Assembly: GCA_001831095.1 (NCBI GenBank)
Contig: MIDP01000005.1
Span: 30,514 to 94,513 of the forward strand
From: Verrucomicrobia bacterium GWF2_51_19
Lineage (GTDB): Bacteria > Verrucomicrobiota > Verrucomicrobiia > Opitutales > UBA12508
Length of the DNA: 64,000 bases
Direction: 5' to 3'
Shown: positions 1 through 8,203 of the stretch, piece after piece
How positions within the stretch are numbered: position 1 is the stretch's first letter
Layout: each line of letters opens with the position of its first letter
Notes under the pieces: generated by a model
What the model was told of the DNA's origin: nothing
What the model saw: only the letters and a program-made list of their open reading frames with translations
Databases searched by the model: none
Position numbers and translations under genes: made by a program

Positions 1-141
1 AACGCGACGTAAGGCATTGCCAATGGTATGGCCATAGCCTTTTTCGAAAGGATCGGCGATAAACGTTGCCCGTGTATCGGTGAATCCATCCACCTTCTGC
101 AACCTATTTGGAAGCTCGAATTTCCCTAATCTTTTTGTCAT
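1..141 (-). CDS. rpoA: RNA polymerase alpha subunit, first 47 codons (runs off window)
   Basis: Hand translation from ATG at 141: MTKRLGKFELPNRLQKVDGFTDTRATFIADPFEKGYGHTIGNALRRV. GHTxGNALRR is the RpoA N-domain signature. Position after rpsD matches the alpha operon. Confidence 0.85.
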   Translation of the reverse strand, partial: MTKRLGKFELPNRLQKVDGFTDTRATFIADPFEKGYGHTIGNALRRV

Positions 142-173
142 GGTTTTACTCCAAAAGTGTTTATCATTGAATC

Positions 174-788
174 TTAACGGCTGTAAAACTCAACAATTAA
201 TTGCTCGTTGATATTGATTTCCGTCACCATCTCTTCGCGAGAAGGCAGGCGGTTCACTGTTCCCTTCATACCTTCGGCATGTAGAGTGAGCCAGGCGGGC
301 ACGGTGCGGGCCTGCGATTCTTCCATACAGCGCGTAGCGAGCTGTTTGGAGGCGCTGCGATCGCGAACCTCGACAACATCACCTGGCTGACAATTGTAGC
401 TGGCAATGTCGACCTTATGTCCGTTGACACGGACGTGGCCGTGGTTCACGAATTGACGGGCGCTCGAACGCGTCTTGGACAAGCCCAAACGGTAAACAAT
501 GCTGTCCAAACGGGTCTCCAAGAGCTGCAAGAAGATCTGGCCAGTCACACCGCGTTTCGTTTTAGCGCGGTCGAAGGTCAGACGAAATTGCTTTTCGCTC
601 AAGCCAAACATATAGCGGAGCTTTTGCTTTTCATTGAGACCGATCGAATAATCGGTGACGCGGCGACGGAGACGCGGTCCATGGACTCCTGGTGGATAAG
701 CGCGGCGTTCAAAAGCCTTATTTGGCGGGAAAATAGCTTGCCCAAAACGACGATTGATACGTGTAGTAGGTCCTGTATAGCGAGACAT
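174..788 (-). CDS. rpsD: 30S ribosomal protein S4
   Basis: ORF 174..842 trimmed to M19 (MSRYTGPTTRINRRFGQ...), a typical S4 N-terminus. S4 RNA-binding domain near the C-terminus. Confidence 0.9.
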   Translation of the reverse strand: MSRYTGPTTRINRRFGQAIFPPNKAFERRAYPPGVHGPRLRRRVTDYSIGLNEKQKLRYMFGLSEKQFRLTFDRAKTKRGVTGQIFLQLLETRLDSIVYRLGLSKTRSSARQFVNHGHVRVNGHKVDIASYNCQPGDVVEVRDRSASKQLATRCMEESQARTVPAWLTLHAEGMKGTVNRLPSREEMVTEININEQLIVEFYSR

Positions 789-811
789 TTGTGTATTCCT
801 CTTTTTTAAAA

Positions 812-1345
812 TTATACGCGGCGACGTTTGCGTGGACGGCAACCGTTGTGTGGAACAGGCGTGTCATCCAGAATTTCCGTCACAATAAACCCGAGCGACT
901 GCAGGGCCCGAATAGCCGAATCACGGCCCATTCCAGGTCCTTTAATCTTCACGCTGACTTCTTTCATTCCGTGAGATATAGCCGTCCGGCCAGCATCCTG
1001 CGTCACGATTTGAGCGGCGTATGCCGTCGACTTGCGCGAGCCCTTGAAGCCACATTTACCGGCGTTGGCCCACGAAATGACGTGTCCACGCGGATCAGTA
1101 AAGGTAACCTTTGTGTTATTGAACGTCGCCAATATATGGCAGACGCCAACATGCACATTTTTACTTCCTTTTGCCCGACGAATTTTGACTTCGCCAAGAG
1201 ACTCTGACAGCAAGTCCTTTGCAGTCGGCTGGACCACTTTCTTGGTCTCACCTTCATTGTTGGACTCTACCGAAACAGTCTCCTTTTCAACAGACGCCGT
1301 AGCCTCCTTTTCTGCTGATGGAGCTATTTTTTTCTTTTTTTCCAT
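812..1345 (-). CDS. rpsK: 30S ribosomal protein S11 with ~40 aa low-complexity N-terminal extension (start uncertain)
   Basis: C-terminal 125 aa are canonical S11 (ATFNNT...GSRKST...[13 protein letters not shown]). The only ATG is at 1345, giving 177 aa. Confidence 0.85.
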   Translation of the reverse strand: MEKKKKIAPSAEKEATASVEKETVSVESNNEGETKKVVQPTAKDLLSESLGEVKIRRAKGSKNVHVGVCHILATFNNTKVTFTDPRGHVISWANAGKCGFKGSRKSTAYAAQIVTQDAGRTAISHGMKEVSVKIKGPGMGRDSAIRALQSLGFIVTEILDDTPVPHNGCRPRKRRRV

Positions 1346-1427
1346 AATATAGAAATCCTTACAGATTTTTTAATTTTCTAGACTGAGCTTAAAATGATTT
1401 ATATTTACATCATTTCTTTACCCAATT

Positions 1428-1555
1428 AAAGGCCTTTGAAAAATGATGTCAAAGCTTGGCTTTGCGCGAGCACGATCTGCCGTAGCGTACGATGGTACGT
1501 AAGGCAGTCGCGCGGAGCGAAAAACGAGCTTTCACGGCATTTTGCATAGGCCTTT
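1428..1555 (+). repeat. Type-A palindromic element, full length (128 bp)
   Basis: AAAGGCCTTTGAAAAATGATGTCAAAGCTTGGCTTTGCGCGAGCACGATCTGCCGTAGCGTACGATGGTACGTAAGGCAGTCGCGCGGAGCGAAAAACGAGCTTTCACGGCATTTTGCATAGGCCTTT. The two halves are imperfect reverse complements. The right end overlaps the rpsM stop codon. Confidence 0.9.
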
Positions 1556-1928
1556 ATTTTTTCTTCATAACACCGACGGTCTTCCTCGCGCCCTTGCGGG
1601 TACGAGCGTTGGTGCTCGTGCGTTGACCTCTAACGGGCAATCCGCGTTGATGCCGAATGCCGCGATAGCATCTAATCGCCTGCATGCGTTTGATATTACC
1701 CATCACATCGCGGCGAAGGTCACCCTCGATCTTGAATCCATTACGGGTAATCGATTCAACAATCTTGTTGAGTTCTTCTTCGCTCAACTCGTGAGCGCGC
1801 TTGTTTGGGTCTATATCGGCATCTTCCAGGAGCTCTTTGGCTCGCGTCGGACCAATACCATAGATATAGCGTAGAGAATACTCGATTTTCTTCTCTTTGG
1901 GGATATCGACTCCTAATATACGTGGCAT
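1554..1928 (-). CDS. rpsM: 30S ribosomal protein S13
   Basis: [34 protein letters not shown]... is a canonical S13 start. 124 aa. Confidence 0.95.
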   Translation of the reverse strand: MPRILGVDIPKEKKIEYSLRYIYGIGPTRAKELLEDADIDPNKRAHELSEEELNKIVESITRNGFKIEGDLRRDVMGNIKRMQAIRCYRGIRHQRGLPVRGQRTSTNARTRKGARKTVGVMKKK

Positions 1929-1959
1929 ATCTTTAATGAATAAGTTGTGAATTAAAAAA

Positions 1960-2727
1960 CTATATTTTATACAATGTCAACACTTCCGGATCTTTTTCTG
2001 TAACGAGCACGGTGTGTTCGAAGTGAGCGCAGGGCATGCGGTCTTTTGTGACCACCGTCCAGCCGTCTTGTAAAATCTCTACAGCGTAATGGCCGAGCAT
2101 GACCATGGGCTCGAGGGCGAGCGTCATACCGGGCTTCATTTCAGGACCTTTTCCGGAAGGGCCGTAATTGGGAATTTGTGGCTCCTCGTGCATATCGCGA
2201 CCGACGCCGTGGCCAACGAAATCGCGGACAACGTTCATTCCGTTGCTCTCTACGTAGCGTTGGACGGCATTGGAAATGTCGCCGATGCGGTTACCGGGGC
2301 GCACTTGATCGATGGCAACCTCGAGCGCCTTTTGGGTGACATCGACGAGTTTTTTTACGTCATTGGAGACCTCACCAACACAGACCGTCGCGGCATTGTC
2401 TCCGACAAAACCCTTGTAGCGAAGGGCGACGTCGATGCTGACAATGTCACCTGTCTGAATCGAGCGTTGCATCGATGCGATACCGTGGACGAGCTCTTCA
2501 TTGAGCGAAATGCAGGAGTAACAGGGAAAAACGTTCTTGCCGGCGCGGTAATTGTAACTCGTACTCTCGGCCCCGTATTCCGCCATCAAACGTTTACCGA
2601 TCTGGTCGAGGTCGTAAGTCGTCATGCCAACTTTAATCGACGCGAGCATGCGATGCAAGACAGCCGCCGCAATCGTGCAGGCCTCCCGCATACATTCCAA
2701 ATCTTTACCTTTCTTTATCGGTATCAT
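1960..2727 (-). CDS. map: Methionine aminopeptidase type I
   Basis: 255 aa with peptidase M24 metal-ligand context ([25 protein letters not shown]). Sits between secY and rpsM. Confidence 0.9.
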   Translation of the reverse strand: MIPIKKGKDLECMREACTIAAAVLHRMLASIKVGMTTYDLDQIGKRLMAEYGAESTSYNYRAGKNVFPCYSCISLNEELVHGIASMQRSIQTGDIVSIDVALRYKGFVGDNAATVCVGEVSNDVKKLVDVTQKALEVAIDQVRPGNRIGDISNAVQRYVESNGMNVVRDFVGHGVGRDMHEEPQIPNYGPSGKGPEMKPGMTLALEPMVMLGHYAVEILQDGWTVVTKDRMPCAHFEHTVLVTEKDPEVLTLYKI

Positions 2728-2731
2728 TTAA

Positions 2732-2804
2732 AAGACCATTGCAAAATGTCCCACGGCGTTCTCGTCGTTCGGGCCTGGCTATAGGCCCATTTTGCAGCGG
2801 TCTT
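2732..2804 (+). repeat. Type-B element, short deletion form (73 bp)
   Basis: AAGACCATTGCAAAATG...GGCGTTCTCGTCGTTCGGGC|CTGGCTATAGGCCCATTTTGCAGCGGTCTT. The junction falls at the internal direct repeat TCGGGC. Lies 4 nt from the map ATG. Confidence 0.85.
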
Positions 2805-2827
2805 TCCTTTCGTATTTTTTAATTCGC

Positions 2828-2956
2828 AAAGACCTGTGAAAAATGGCGTCAAAGCTTGGCTTTGCGCGAGCACGAGCTGCCGTAGCGTACATACGGTATG
2901 TAAGGCAGTCGCGCGGAGCGAAAAACGAGCTTTCACGGCATTTTGCATAGGTCTTT
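2828..2956 (+). repeat. Type-A element, full length (129 bp)
   Basis: Near-identical to the 1428 copy. The right end GGTCTTTTAA abuts the secY stop codon. Confidence 0.9.
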
Positions 2957-4461
2957 TAAAAGAAGGTTCTAATAATCCACGCACCTAGTCCCAAAAGGAA
3001 CAGTGCCAGTAAGGGGTACCAGAGAATACCGAGGTTTTTGAGCTGTTCGGTGTCGATGAGCTGCTTAACCCGCAATTCGCTCCGCGCGCGCAGGCGGCCC
3101 TTCTTCAAAAAGCCGTCGTAGTGACGTTGCAGGAGGTATGTCTCGATCTGACGCATCGTGTCGAGCATGACACCGACCGTAATGAGCGTGCCCGTGCCTC
3201 CAAAAAACATCGCGATGCGGTACGGAATATTGTAGGCGAAAAAGAGCAGGTCCGGAAAGAGCGCAATCACCGTTAAAAAGATCGCACCGGCGAGCGTTAA
3301 CCGCGTCATGACAAAGTCGAGGAACTTCGCTGTAGGGAGTCCGGGACGTACGCCGGGAATGTAGCCGCCGTTCTTTTTGAGGTCATCCGCGATCTGGACC
3401 GGACGGAACATGATGGAGACCCAAAAATAGCTGAATCCGAGAATCATGCTTCCGTAAAACGTGTAATAGGTGGCTGAGCCCTGGGTCAGGATCGACGACA
3501 TGCGCTGGAAAAAGCTGAGGCCCGTCACCGCCGCGATGTAGGCAAAAATCTGTTGCGGAAACATCAGGATGGCGCTGGCAAAGATAACAGGCATGACACC
3601 CGCATAGTTGATTTTGAGCGGCAAAAACGAGGTCTGTCCGCCGTACATCTTTTGGCCAACCACGCGCTGGGCGTATTGAACGGGAATCTTGCGCTGCGCC
3701 TGCGTTACGGCGATCATCGAGCCGATGACAACCAAGAGTAAAACGAGCATCAAAAAGGCTTGCGGCAGTCCCATCGTCACGCCTCCTTCTGCACCAACGG
3801 GGGCGGAGAAGAGCTTGGCGGCGATCGTCAGGGCCTGAGGCATACCCGATAAAATACCAATCGTGATGAGCAGTGAAATGCCGTTGCCGATACCGCGCTC
3901 GGTGATCTGGTCACCCAACCACGTTAAAAGCATCGTTCCAGCCGCCAAAAAGATGGTGCCAGTCAGCACAAACCAGCCGCTGGAAATCACGACGATTCGC
4001 CCGTAAACATACTGGTCAAAGCCCATGAAGAGCTTGCCAGGGTAGTTGCAGAGAGCCGTCGTCAAGAGGGCTCCCTGAACCAAACAAATCACCAAGGTCA
4101 AGTAACGCGTGTACTGCGTGATCTTTTGACGGCCAACGTCCCCTTCTTGCTGCAATTGAGCGAGAGAAGGCATCACCGCCGCCGCCAGCTGCATGATAAT
4201 CGATGCGCTGATGTACGGCATAATGCCCAATCCAAAAATAGCCCCCTTGAGAAAGGCGCCACCCGTAAACAAGTTGTACAAGCCAACGAGGTTACCGGAA
4301 GTGGCACTTTGCGCCGCAAAAAACGTTTGCAACGGCAGAGGGTCCAATCCAGGAATCGGAATGTTCGCCCCTACCCTAGCAATGAAGAGCAAGGCAAACG
4401 TAAATAAGATACGCTGTCTCAACTCTGGGATTTTTAATGAATTGGTAAACGCTGAAATCAT
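2956..4461 (-). CDS. secY: Preprotein translocase SecY with ~45 aa C-terminal extension
   Basis: 501 aa multi-TM protein in the canonical spc-operon position. After the usual C-terminal YDGFLKKGRLRAR it continues with an extra hydrophobic segment (ILWYPLLALFLLGLGAWII). Confidence 0.9.
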   Translation of the reverse strand: MISAFTNSLKIPELRQRILFTFALLFIARVGANIPIPGLDPLPLQTFFAAQSATSGNLVGLYNLFTGGAFLKGAIFGLGIMPYISASIIMQLAAAVMPSLAQLQQEGDVGRQKITQYTRYLTLVICLVQGALLTTALCNYPGKLFMGFDQYVYGRIVVISSGWFVLTGTIFLAAGTMLLTWLGDQITERGIGNGISLLITIGILSGMPQALTIAAKLFSAPVGAEGGVTMGLPQAFLMLVLLLVVIGSMIAVTQAQRKIPVQYAQRVVGQKMYGGQTSFLPLKINYAGVMPVIFASAILMFPQQIFAYIAAVTGLSFFQRMSSILTQGSATYYTFYGSMILGFSYFWVSIMFRPVQIADDLKKNGGYIPGVRPGLPTAKFLDFVMTRLTLAGAIFLTVIALFPDLLFFAYNIPYRIAMFFGGTGTLITVGVMLDTMRQIETYLLQRHYDGFLKKGRLRARSELRVKQLIDTEQLKNLGILWYPLLALFLLGLGAWIIRTFF

Positions 4462-4465
4462 GGTG

Positions 4466-4918
4466 TTATGACTCTATTTTTTCAATAACCGACACTTGAC
4501 CGCCTGCAGCCTCGATCTTGGCCTTGGCAGAAGAGGAAAACTTGTCTGCCGTGATCGTGAGGGCCCGACTCAGTTCGCCATCTCCGAGGACCTTGATGCG
4601 GACCGCCGTTGGACGGACGAGACCTGCATGCACGAGGACATCGCGATCGATTGCCTGAATGCCTTCGATGGTGCTGAGGTCACCGACATTGACGATATCG
4701 TAGCGTTTCGTAAAGGAAAAATTGCTGAAACCGCGTTTTGGTAGTTTGCGGTAGTATGGGATACCGGAACAGACGGGAGATGGCGTGTAACCCGCTCTCG
4801 CCTTACCACCCTTGTGACCGCGACCGGAAGTTTTACCGTGTCCTGTGCCTTGCCCTCTTCCCAAACACTTCGGTTCTGGACGTGCACCCTTTGATTTAGG
4901 TATTGTATGTAATTTCAT
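4466..4918 (-). CDS. rplO: 50S ribosomal protein L15
   Basis: ORF 4466..4933 trimmed to MKLHTIPKSKGARPEPK. The upstream ATG lies inside the type-B repeat terminus. GRGxGxGxGKT motif present. Confidence 0.9.
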   Translation of the reverse strand: MKLHTIPKSKGARPEPKCLGRGQGTGHGKTSGRGHKGGKARAGYTPSPVCSGIPYYRKLPKRGFSNFSFTKRYDIVNVGDLSTIEGIQAIDRDVLVHAGLVRPTAVRIKVLGDGELSRALTITADKFSSSAKAKIEAAGGQVSVIEKIES

Positions 4919-4925
4919 GATGCCT

Positions 4926-5039
4926 AAGACCATTGCAAAATGTCCGCTGCGTTCTCGTCGTTCGGGCTAGGTCACGTACGTCAGTACGCTCCCGTTGCCC
5001 TCGCTCCTCGAGCCTTGCCGGCCATTTTTCAACGGTCTT
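4926..5039 (+). repeat. Type-B element, full length (114 bp)
   Basis: AAGACCATTGCAAAATGTCCGCTGCGTTCTCGTCGTTCGGGCTAGGTCACGTACGTCAGTACGCTCCCGTTGCCCTCGCTCCTCGAGCCTTGCCGGCCATTTTTCAACGGTCTT. Confidence 0.9.
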
Positions 5040-5100
5040 ACCTTTCTTTTAAAATCTTAATTATTAGTACTTCAAGATCTATAATCCATGTGCCCTAGCA

Positions 5101-5135
5101 TAAAGCAACGAGCTTTCACGTATCATATGTCTTTA
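5101..5135 (+). repeat. Type-A micro remnant (35 bp)
   Basis: TAAAGCAACGAGCTTTCACGTATCATATGTCTTTA retains the A right arm (AACGAGCTTTCACG) between degenerate termini. Lies 6 nt from the rpsE stop. Confidence 0.55.
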
Positions 5136-5141
5136 CATTTC

Positions 5142-5693
5142 TTAAGCGGTTAATGGATCGACATCGGTTGTCCTTTTACGACCCGCGTGGACGTCGGACA
5201 CCGAACGCAACTGCGTCAGGGCGTCGACGGCGGCGCGAACCATGGCGAGGGCATTGTTGGACCCCAAAGACTTCGAAAGGACGTCCTTGACTCCTACAGC
5301 CTCCAATACGGCGCGAACGCCACCACCAGCCAAGACACCTGTACCGGGGCTCGCCGGACGCAACAACACCTTACCACCGTCGGCCTCGCCGCGAATGGAA
5401 TGTGGAATAGTTGCGCCAGTCAAGGGGACCTGGATCATGTGTTTATGGGCGTGTTCAGTGCCTTTACGGATGGCATCAGCGACTTCTTTTGCTTTCCCGT
5501 AACCGACGCCGACATGGCCTTCTTTATCTCCGGATACCACTAATGCGGCGAAGCTGAATCGACGTCCTCCCTTGACGACCTTCGCACAACGATTGATGTG
5601 GACCACCTTATCGGTATACTTGGATACGGGTTGAGGCGCCGGTTCTCTTCTCCGACTCGCACGTGGGTTATGTTCTCTTTTTTCAGTGCTCAT
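5142..5693 (-). CDS. rpsE: 30S ribosomal protein S5
   Basis: 183 aa with S5 core ([24 protein letters not shown]...[15 protein letters not shown]). Confidence 0.95.
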   Translation of the reverse strand: MSTEKREHNPRASRRREPAPQPVSKYTDKVVHINRCAKVVKGGRRFSFAALVVSGDKEGHVGVGYGKAKEVADAIRKGTEHAHKHMIQVPLTGATIPHSIRGEADGGKVLLRPASPGTGVLAGGGVRAVLEAVGVKDVLSKSLGSNNALAMVRAAVDALTQLRSVSDVHAGRKRTTDVDPLTA

Positions 5694-5700
5694 ATTGATG

Positions 5701-5822
5701 AAAAACTGTGCAAAATGGCCTCTAGCTGTGTTCTCGTCGTTCGGGCTAGGTCACGTACGTCAGTACGCTCCCGTTGCCCTCACTCCTCGGGCCTTGCGAT
5801 AGGACCATTTTGCCCAGTTCTT
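5701..5822 (+). repeat. Type-B element, full length with degenerate termini
   Basis: AAAAACTGTGCAAAATGGCCTCTAGCTGTGTTCTCGTCGTTCGGGCTAGGTCACGTACGTCAGTACGCTCCCGTTGCCCTCACTCCTCGGGCCTTGCGATAGGACCATTTTGCCCAGTTCTT. Lies 7 nt from the rpsE ATG. Confidence 0.85.
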
Positions 5823-5865
5823 AGTTGTTGATTGTTACAAATTGAATAAAATAATAAAAATCCAT

Positions 5866-5925
5866 CAAGCAAGCTTGAGAAATCGTGTCAAAACTTGGCT
5901 TTGCGCGATTTCACAGGCTTGCTTA
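5866..5925 (+). repeat. Type-A short, degenerate (variant termini AAGCAAGC)
   Basis: CAAGCAAGCTTGAGAAATCGTGTCAAAACTTGGCTTTGCGCGATTTCACAGGCTTGCTTAA. Keeps the A left arm fused to the right arm. The right end overlaps the rplR stop. Confidence 0.6.
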
Positions 5926-6288
5926 AAAGAGGAGGCCGGCTTCACGGACCGTATCAGCAAATGCCTTGACGGTTCCGTGATAACGACGTCCACCGCGATC
6001 AAAGACGATGGTTTGAACACCTGCAGTTTTGGCCTTTTCTCCAAAGAGTTTGGCAAATGCGACGACGCCATCCATGTTTGGCTTGAGGTTCTGCGAGCGC
6101 AGGTCCTTGGCCAAGCTAGAGAGGGCGAAGAGGGTCTTGCCTTCGGTGTCATCGACGCATTGAGCATACATGTGTTTATTACTCAAGCGTAAAGACAACC
6201 GTGGCCGCTCAGCTGTTCCGGCAACTTTTTTCCGAATACGCCAGCAGCGCTTTTGTAAAAGAGTTTTTTTCAGTTCTACTTTGTTCAT
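5923..6288 (-). CDS. rplR: 50S ribosomal protein L18
   Basis: 121 aa. RPRLSLRLSNKHMYAQ...FDRGGRRYHGTVKAFADTVREAGLLF is canonical L18. Confidence 0.95.
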   Translation of the reverse strand: MNKVELKKTLLQKRCWRIRKKVAGTAERPRLSLRLSNKHMYAQCVDDTEGKTLFALSSLAKDLRSQNLKPNMDGVVAFAKLFGEKAKTAGVQTIVFDRGGRRYHGTVKAFADTVREAGLLF

Positions 6289-6378
6289 ATCAGAAAGAAT
6301 TTTGTTAATTTAAAAATAATCAACAAGAAATAATTTTTAGAAAACTACTTTTACTAAAAAACATTACTCATTGATGAT

Positions 6379-6507
6379 AAAGAACGATGATAAATGCTGT
6401 CAAAGCTTGGCTTTGCGCGAGCACGATTCGGCCGTAGCGTACGATGGTACGTAAGGCAGTCGCGCGGAGCGAAAAACGAGCTTTCACTGCATTTTGCATA
6501 GGTCTTT
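6379..6507 (+). repeat. Type-A element, full length (129 bp)
   Basis: TAAAGAACGATGATAAATGCTGTCAAAGCTTGGCTTTGCGCGAGCACGATTCGGCCGTAGCGTACGATGGTACG...GCATTTTGCATAGGTCTTTA. The terminal TTA is the rplF stop codon. Confidence 0.9.
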
Positions 6508-7042
6508 AAGCGGTTTTCTTGCCTTCCTTACGCCTTACGTATTGCCCGACGATGCGGACGCCCTTGCCTTTGTAAGGTTCGACGGGGTAGAAATGTTTGA
6601 TGTCTGCAGCGACCTGGCCCACGAGGTGTTTGTCGACGCCCTCGATTTTGAGCTTGGTGTTTTCAACGATCGTGACCTTGATGCCCTCTGGAATCTCGTA
6701 TTTGATCGGGTGGGAATAGCCCAACGCGAGGTCGATCATCTTGCCGTTGAGAATGGCTTTGAAACCAACACCAACGATTTCGAGATCTTTGGAATAAAGG
6801 ACCTGCACGCCCTTGACCATGTTGGCCAAGATAGCGCGCGCGGTTCCTCGCATCGCATGAGCCAAGCGGCTGTTGTTCGCCGAATCGACGAGCAATTCGC
6901 CCTCTTTCAAAGTAATCGTGACGGCCTTGTCAAAGGTCTTTGATACTTTGCCCTTGGGTCCTTCGATCAGGACGGTCTGGCCGCTGATGTTAGCCTTGAC
7001 TGCTGACGGAATTTGTACGGGAAGCTTTCCTATTCTACTCAT
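6506..7042 (-). CDS. rplF: 50S ribosomal protein L6
   Basis: 178 aa. MSRIGKLPVQIPSAVKANISGQTV... is a canonical L6 start. Confidence 0.95.
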   Translation of the reverse strand: MSRIGKLPVQIPSAVKANISGQTVLIEGPKGKVSKTFDKAVTITLKEGELLVDSANNSRLAHAMRGTARAILANMVKGVQVLYSKDLEIVGVGFKAILNGKMIDLALGYSHPIKYEIPEGIKVTIVENTKLKIEGVDKHLVGQVAADIKHFYPVEPYKGKGVRIVGQYVRRKEGKKTA

Positions 7043-7054
7043 TTTTTTATCCTT

Positions 7055-7441
7055 TTACCAAACTTTGCACAATAGTTCGCCCCCGACCTTTTTCAGCCGA
7101 GCCTCTTTATCTGTCAGAATGCCGCGGGAGGTACTCAAGATACCAATGCCCAAGCTATCCAACGTGTAAGGGACCTCTTTGTACGAGTAGTAACGGCGGC
7201 AACCGGGCTTGCTGTGACGCTGTATGCCCTGAATTGCCGGCTGTCCGCTCAAATACTTGAGCGTTACCAGAATCGCCTTGTGTCCCTGTCGTGTTGTTTC
7301 CGAAAAATCTGCAATATAGCCTTCTTTTTTCAAAATAGAAACAATACTTTCATTCATACGTGACCCACCCAAAATGCAGTCCGCCTTTTTCACAGAGCTT
7401 GCATTTCGAATTATAGTTAGGGTATCGCCTATGCTGTCCAT
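7055..7441 (-). CDS. rpsH: 30S ribosomal protein S8
   Basis: 128 aa. IGDTLTIIRNA...ILKKEGYI...TSRGILTDKEARLKKVGGELLCKVW. Confidence 0.95.
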   Translation of the reverse strand: MDSIGDTLTIIRNASSVKKADCILGGSRMNESIVSILKKEGYIADFSETTRQGHKAILVTLKYLSGQPAIQGIQRHSKPGCRRYYSYKEVPYTLDSLGIGILSTSRGILTDKEARLKKVGGELLCKVW

Positions 7442-7450
7442 AATTTTCCT

Positions 7451-7527
7451 AAGACTGTTGCAAAAGGGCCTCTAGTTGCAGTTCCCCTACTCGGGTCTTG
7501 CTGTAAGAGCCATTTTTCAACGGTCTT
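7451..7527 (+). repeat. Type-B element, short form (77 bp)
   Basis: AAGACTGTTGCAAAAGGGCCTCTAG...CTACTCGGGTCTTGCTGTAAGAGCCATTTTTCAACGGTCTT. Lies 9 nt from the rpsH ATG. Confidence 0.8.
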
Positions 7528-7552
7528 TTCATTTCGTAAGTTGTTAATTCAC

Positions 7553-7744
7553 AAAGACCTGTGAAAAATGCTGTCAAAATTTGGCTTTGCGCGAGCACGA
7601 TCTGCCGTAGCGGCAGGGCTGGCCCTGCACCCTTGGGATACTGCGTATCCACTTTTAAAAGTGGATGCGTGAGCATCCTAGGGGGTACGGGGGCCGCTGC
7701 CCCCGGCGAAAAACGAGCTTTAACGGCATTTTGCATAGGTCTTT
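7553..7744 (+). repeat. Type-A-long element (192 bp): A element with a 94-bp multi-hairpin module replacing the right half of its central stem
   Basis: The termini and outer arms are identical to type A. The interior differs (see 7613..7706). Confidence 0.9.
7613..7706 (+). repeat. 94-bp nested multi-hairpin module inside A-long
   Basis: GCAGGGCTGGCCCTGCACCCTTGGGATACTGCGTATCCACTTTTAAAAGTGGATGCGTGAGCATCCTAGGGGGTACGGGGGCCGCTGCCCCCGG. It contains consecutive short stems: CAGGGC/GCCCTG, GGATAC/GTATCC, CCACTTTT/AAAAGTGG, GGATGC/GCATCC and GGGGGC/GCCCCC. Confidence 0.85.
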
Positions 7745-7751
7745 CCTTTTT

Positions 7752-8057
7752 TTACCAAGAAGACTTCGTTATACCCGGCAATAGACCGGCTGAAGCCATT
7801 TCTCGGAATTGAATACGTGATACACCGAATTTACGCATACTGGCACGGGCACGACCTGTTATTGCACAACGGTTTCGTACACGTACGCGAGAAGAATTGC
7901 GCGGTAAAAGCGTCAGTGCGCGTTGCGCGATGAAAAAGTCCTCATCTGAAACATTGGGGTTTGAGAGCGTCTTCTTCAACTCGGCGCGACGGGCCGCATA
8001 CTTCTCTACCAAACGCATGCGCTTCTTATTTCTTTCGATACTTGATTTCTTAGCCAT
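7752..8057 (-). CDS. rpsN: 30S ribosomal protein S14 (long, non-zinc form)
   Basis: 101 aa. [28 protein letters not shown]...[25 protein letters not shown]. Confidence 0.95.
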   Translation of the reverse strand: MAKKSSIERNKKRMRLVEKYAARRAELKKTLSNPNVSDEDFFIAQRALTLLPRNSSRVRVRNRCAITGRARASMRKFGVSRIQFREMASAGLLPGITKSSW

Positions 8058-8063
8058 GATATT

Positions 8064-8179
8064 TAGACTGTGGCAAAACGGCCAACGGCGTTCTCCTTAC
8101 TCGGGCTAGGTCACATACCTGAATACGCTTCCCGTCACCCTCGCTCGCCTGGCATTTCCGTTCCTTTCGCTACGGTCTT
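8064..8179 (+). repeat. Type-B element, full length, degenerate
   Basis: TAGACTGTGGCAAAACGGCCAACGGCGTTCTCCTTACTCGGGCTAGGTCACATACCTGAATACGCTTCCCGTCACCCTCGCTCGCCTGGC...CTACGGTCTT. The central stem is eroded. Lies 6 nt from the rpsN ATG. Confidence 0.75.
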
Positions 8180-8203
8180 TCCTTTCAAAAATTGTTAATT
8201 CAC

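Noticed and set aside
2724-2984. ORFs of 72-128 aa with near-identical translations (MQNAVKARFSLRATAL...QSQALTPFFTGLCEL). They occur at 2724..2984, 7449..7736, 8106..8324, 22805..23191 and 28161..28457.
   Set aside because: They are read-throughs of type-A repeats and neighbouring spacers. Their similarity reflects DNA repetition. They straddle element boundaries differently in each copy, and some overlap the ends of real genes.
5598-5831. Small ORFs containing [17 protein letters not shown]... or its variants (5598..5831, 9379..9600, 12939..13136, 26758..26997, 30513..30710).
   Set aside because: They are translations of type-B repeats in intergenic positions. The elements are stop-free in several frames, which produces spurious ORFs. 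Only the murD and waaA cases are embedded in genuine genes.
7613-7706. Cloverleaf-like three-hairpin junction inside the 94-bp module, considered as a tRNA-like or tRNA-derived sequence.
   Set aside because: The loops are 0-4 nt. There is no 7-nt anticodon loop, no GTTCRANNC T-loop and no D-loop GG, and the acceptor-like stem has no 3' tail.
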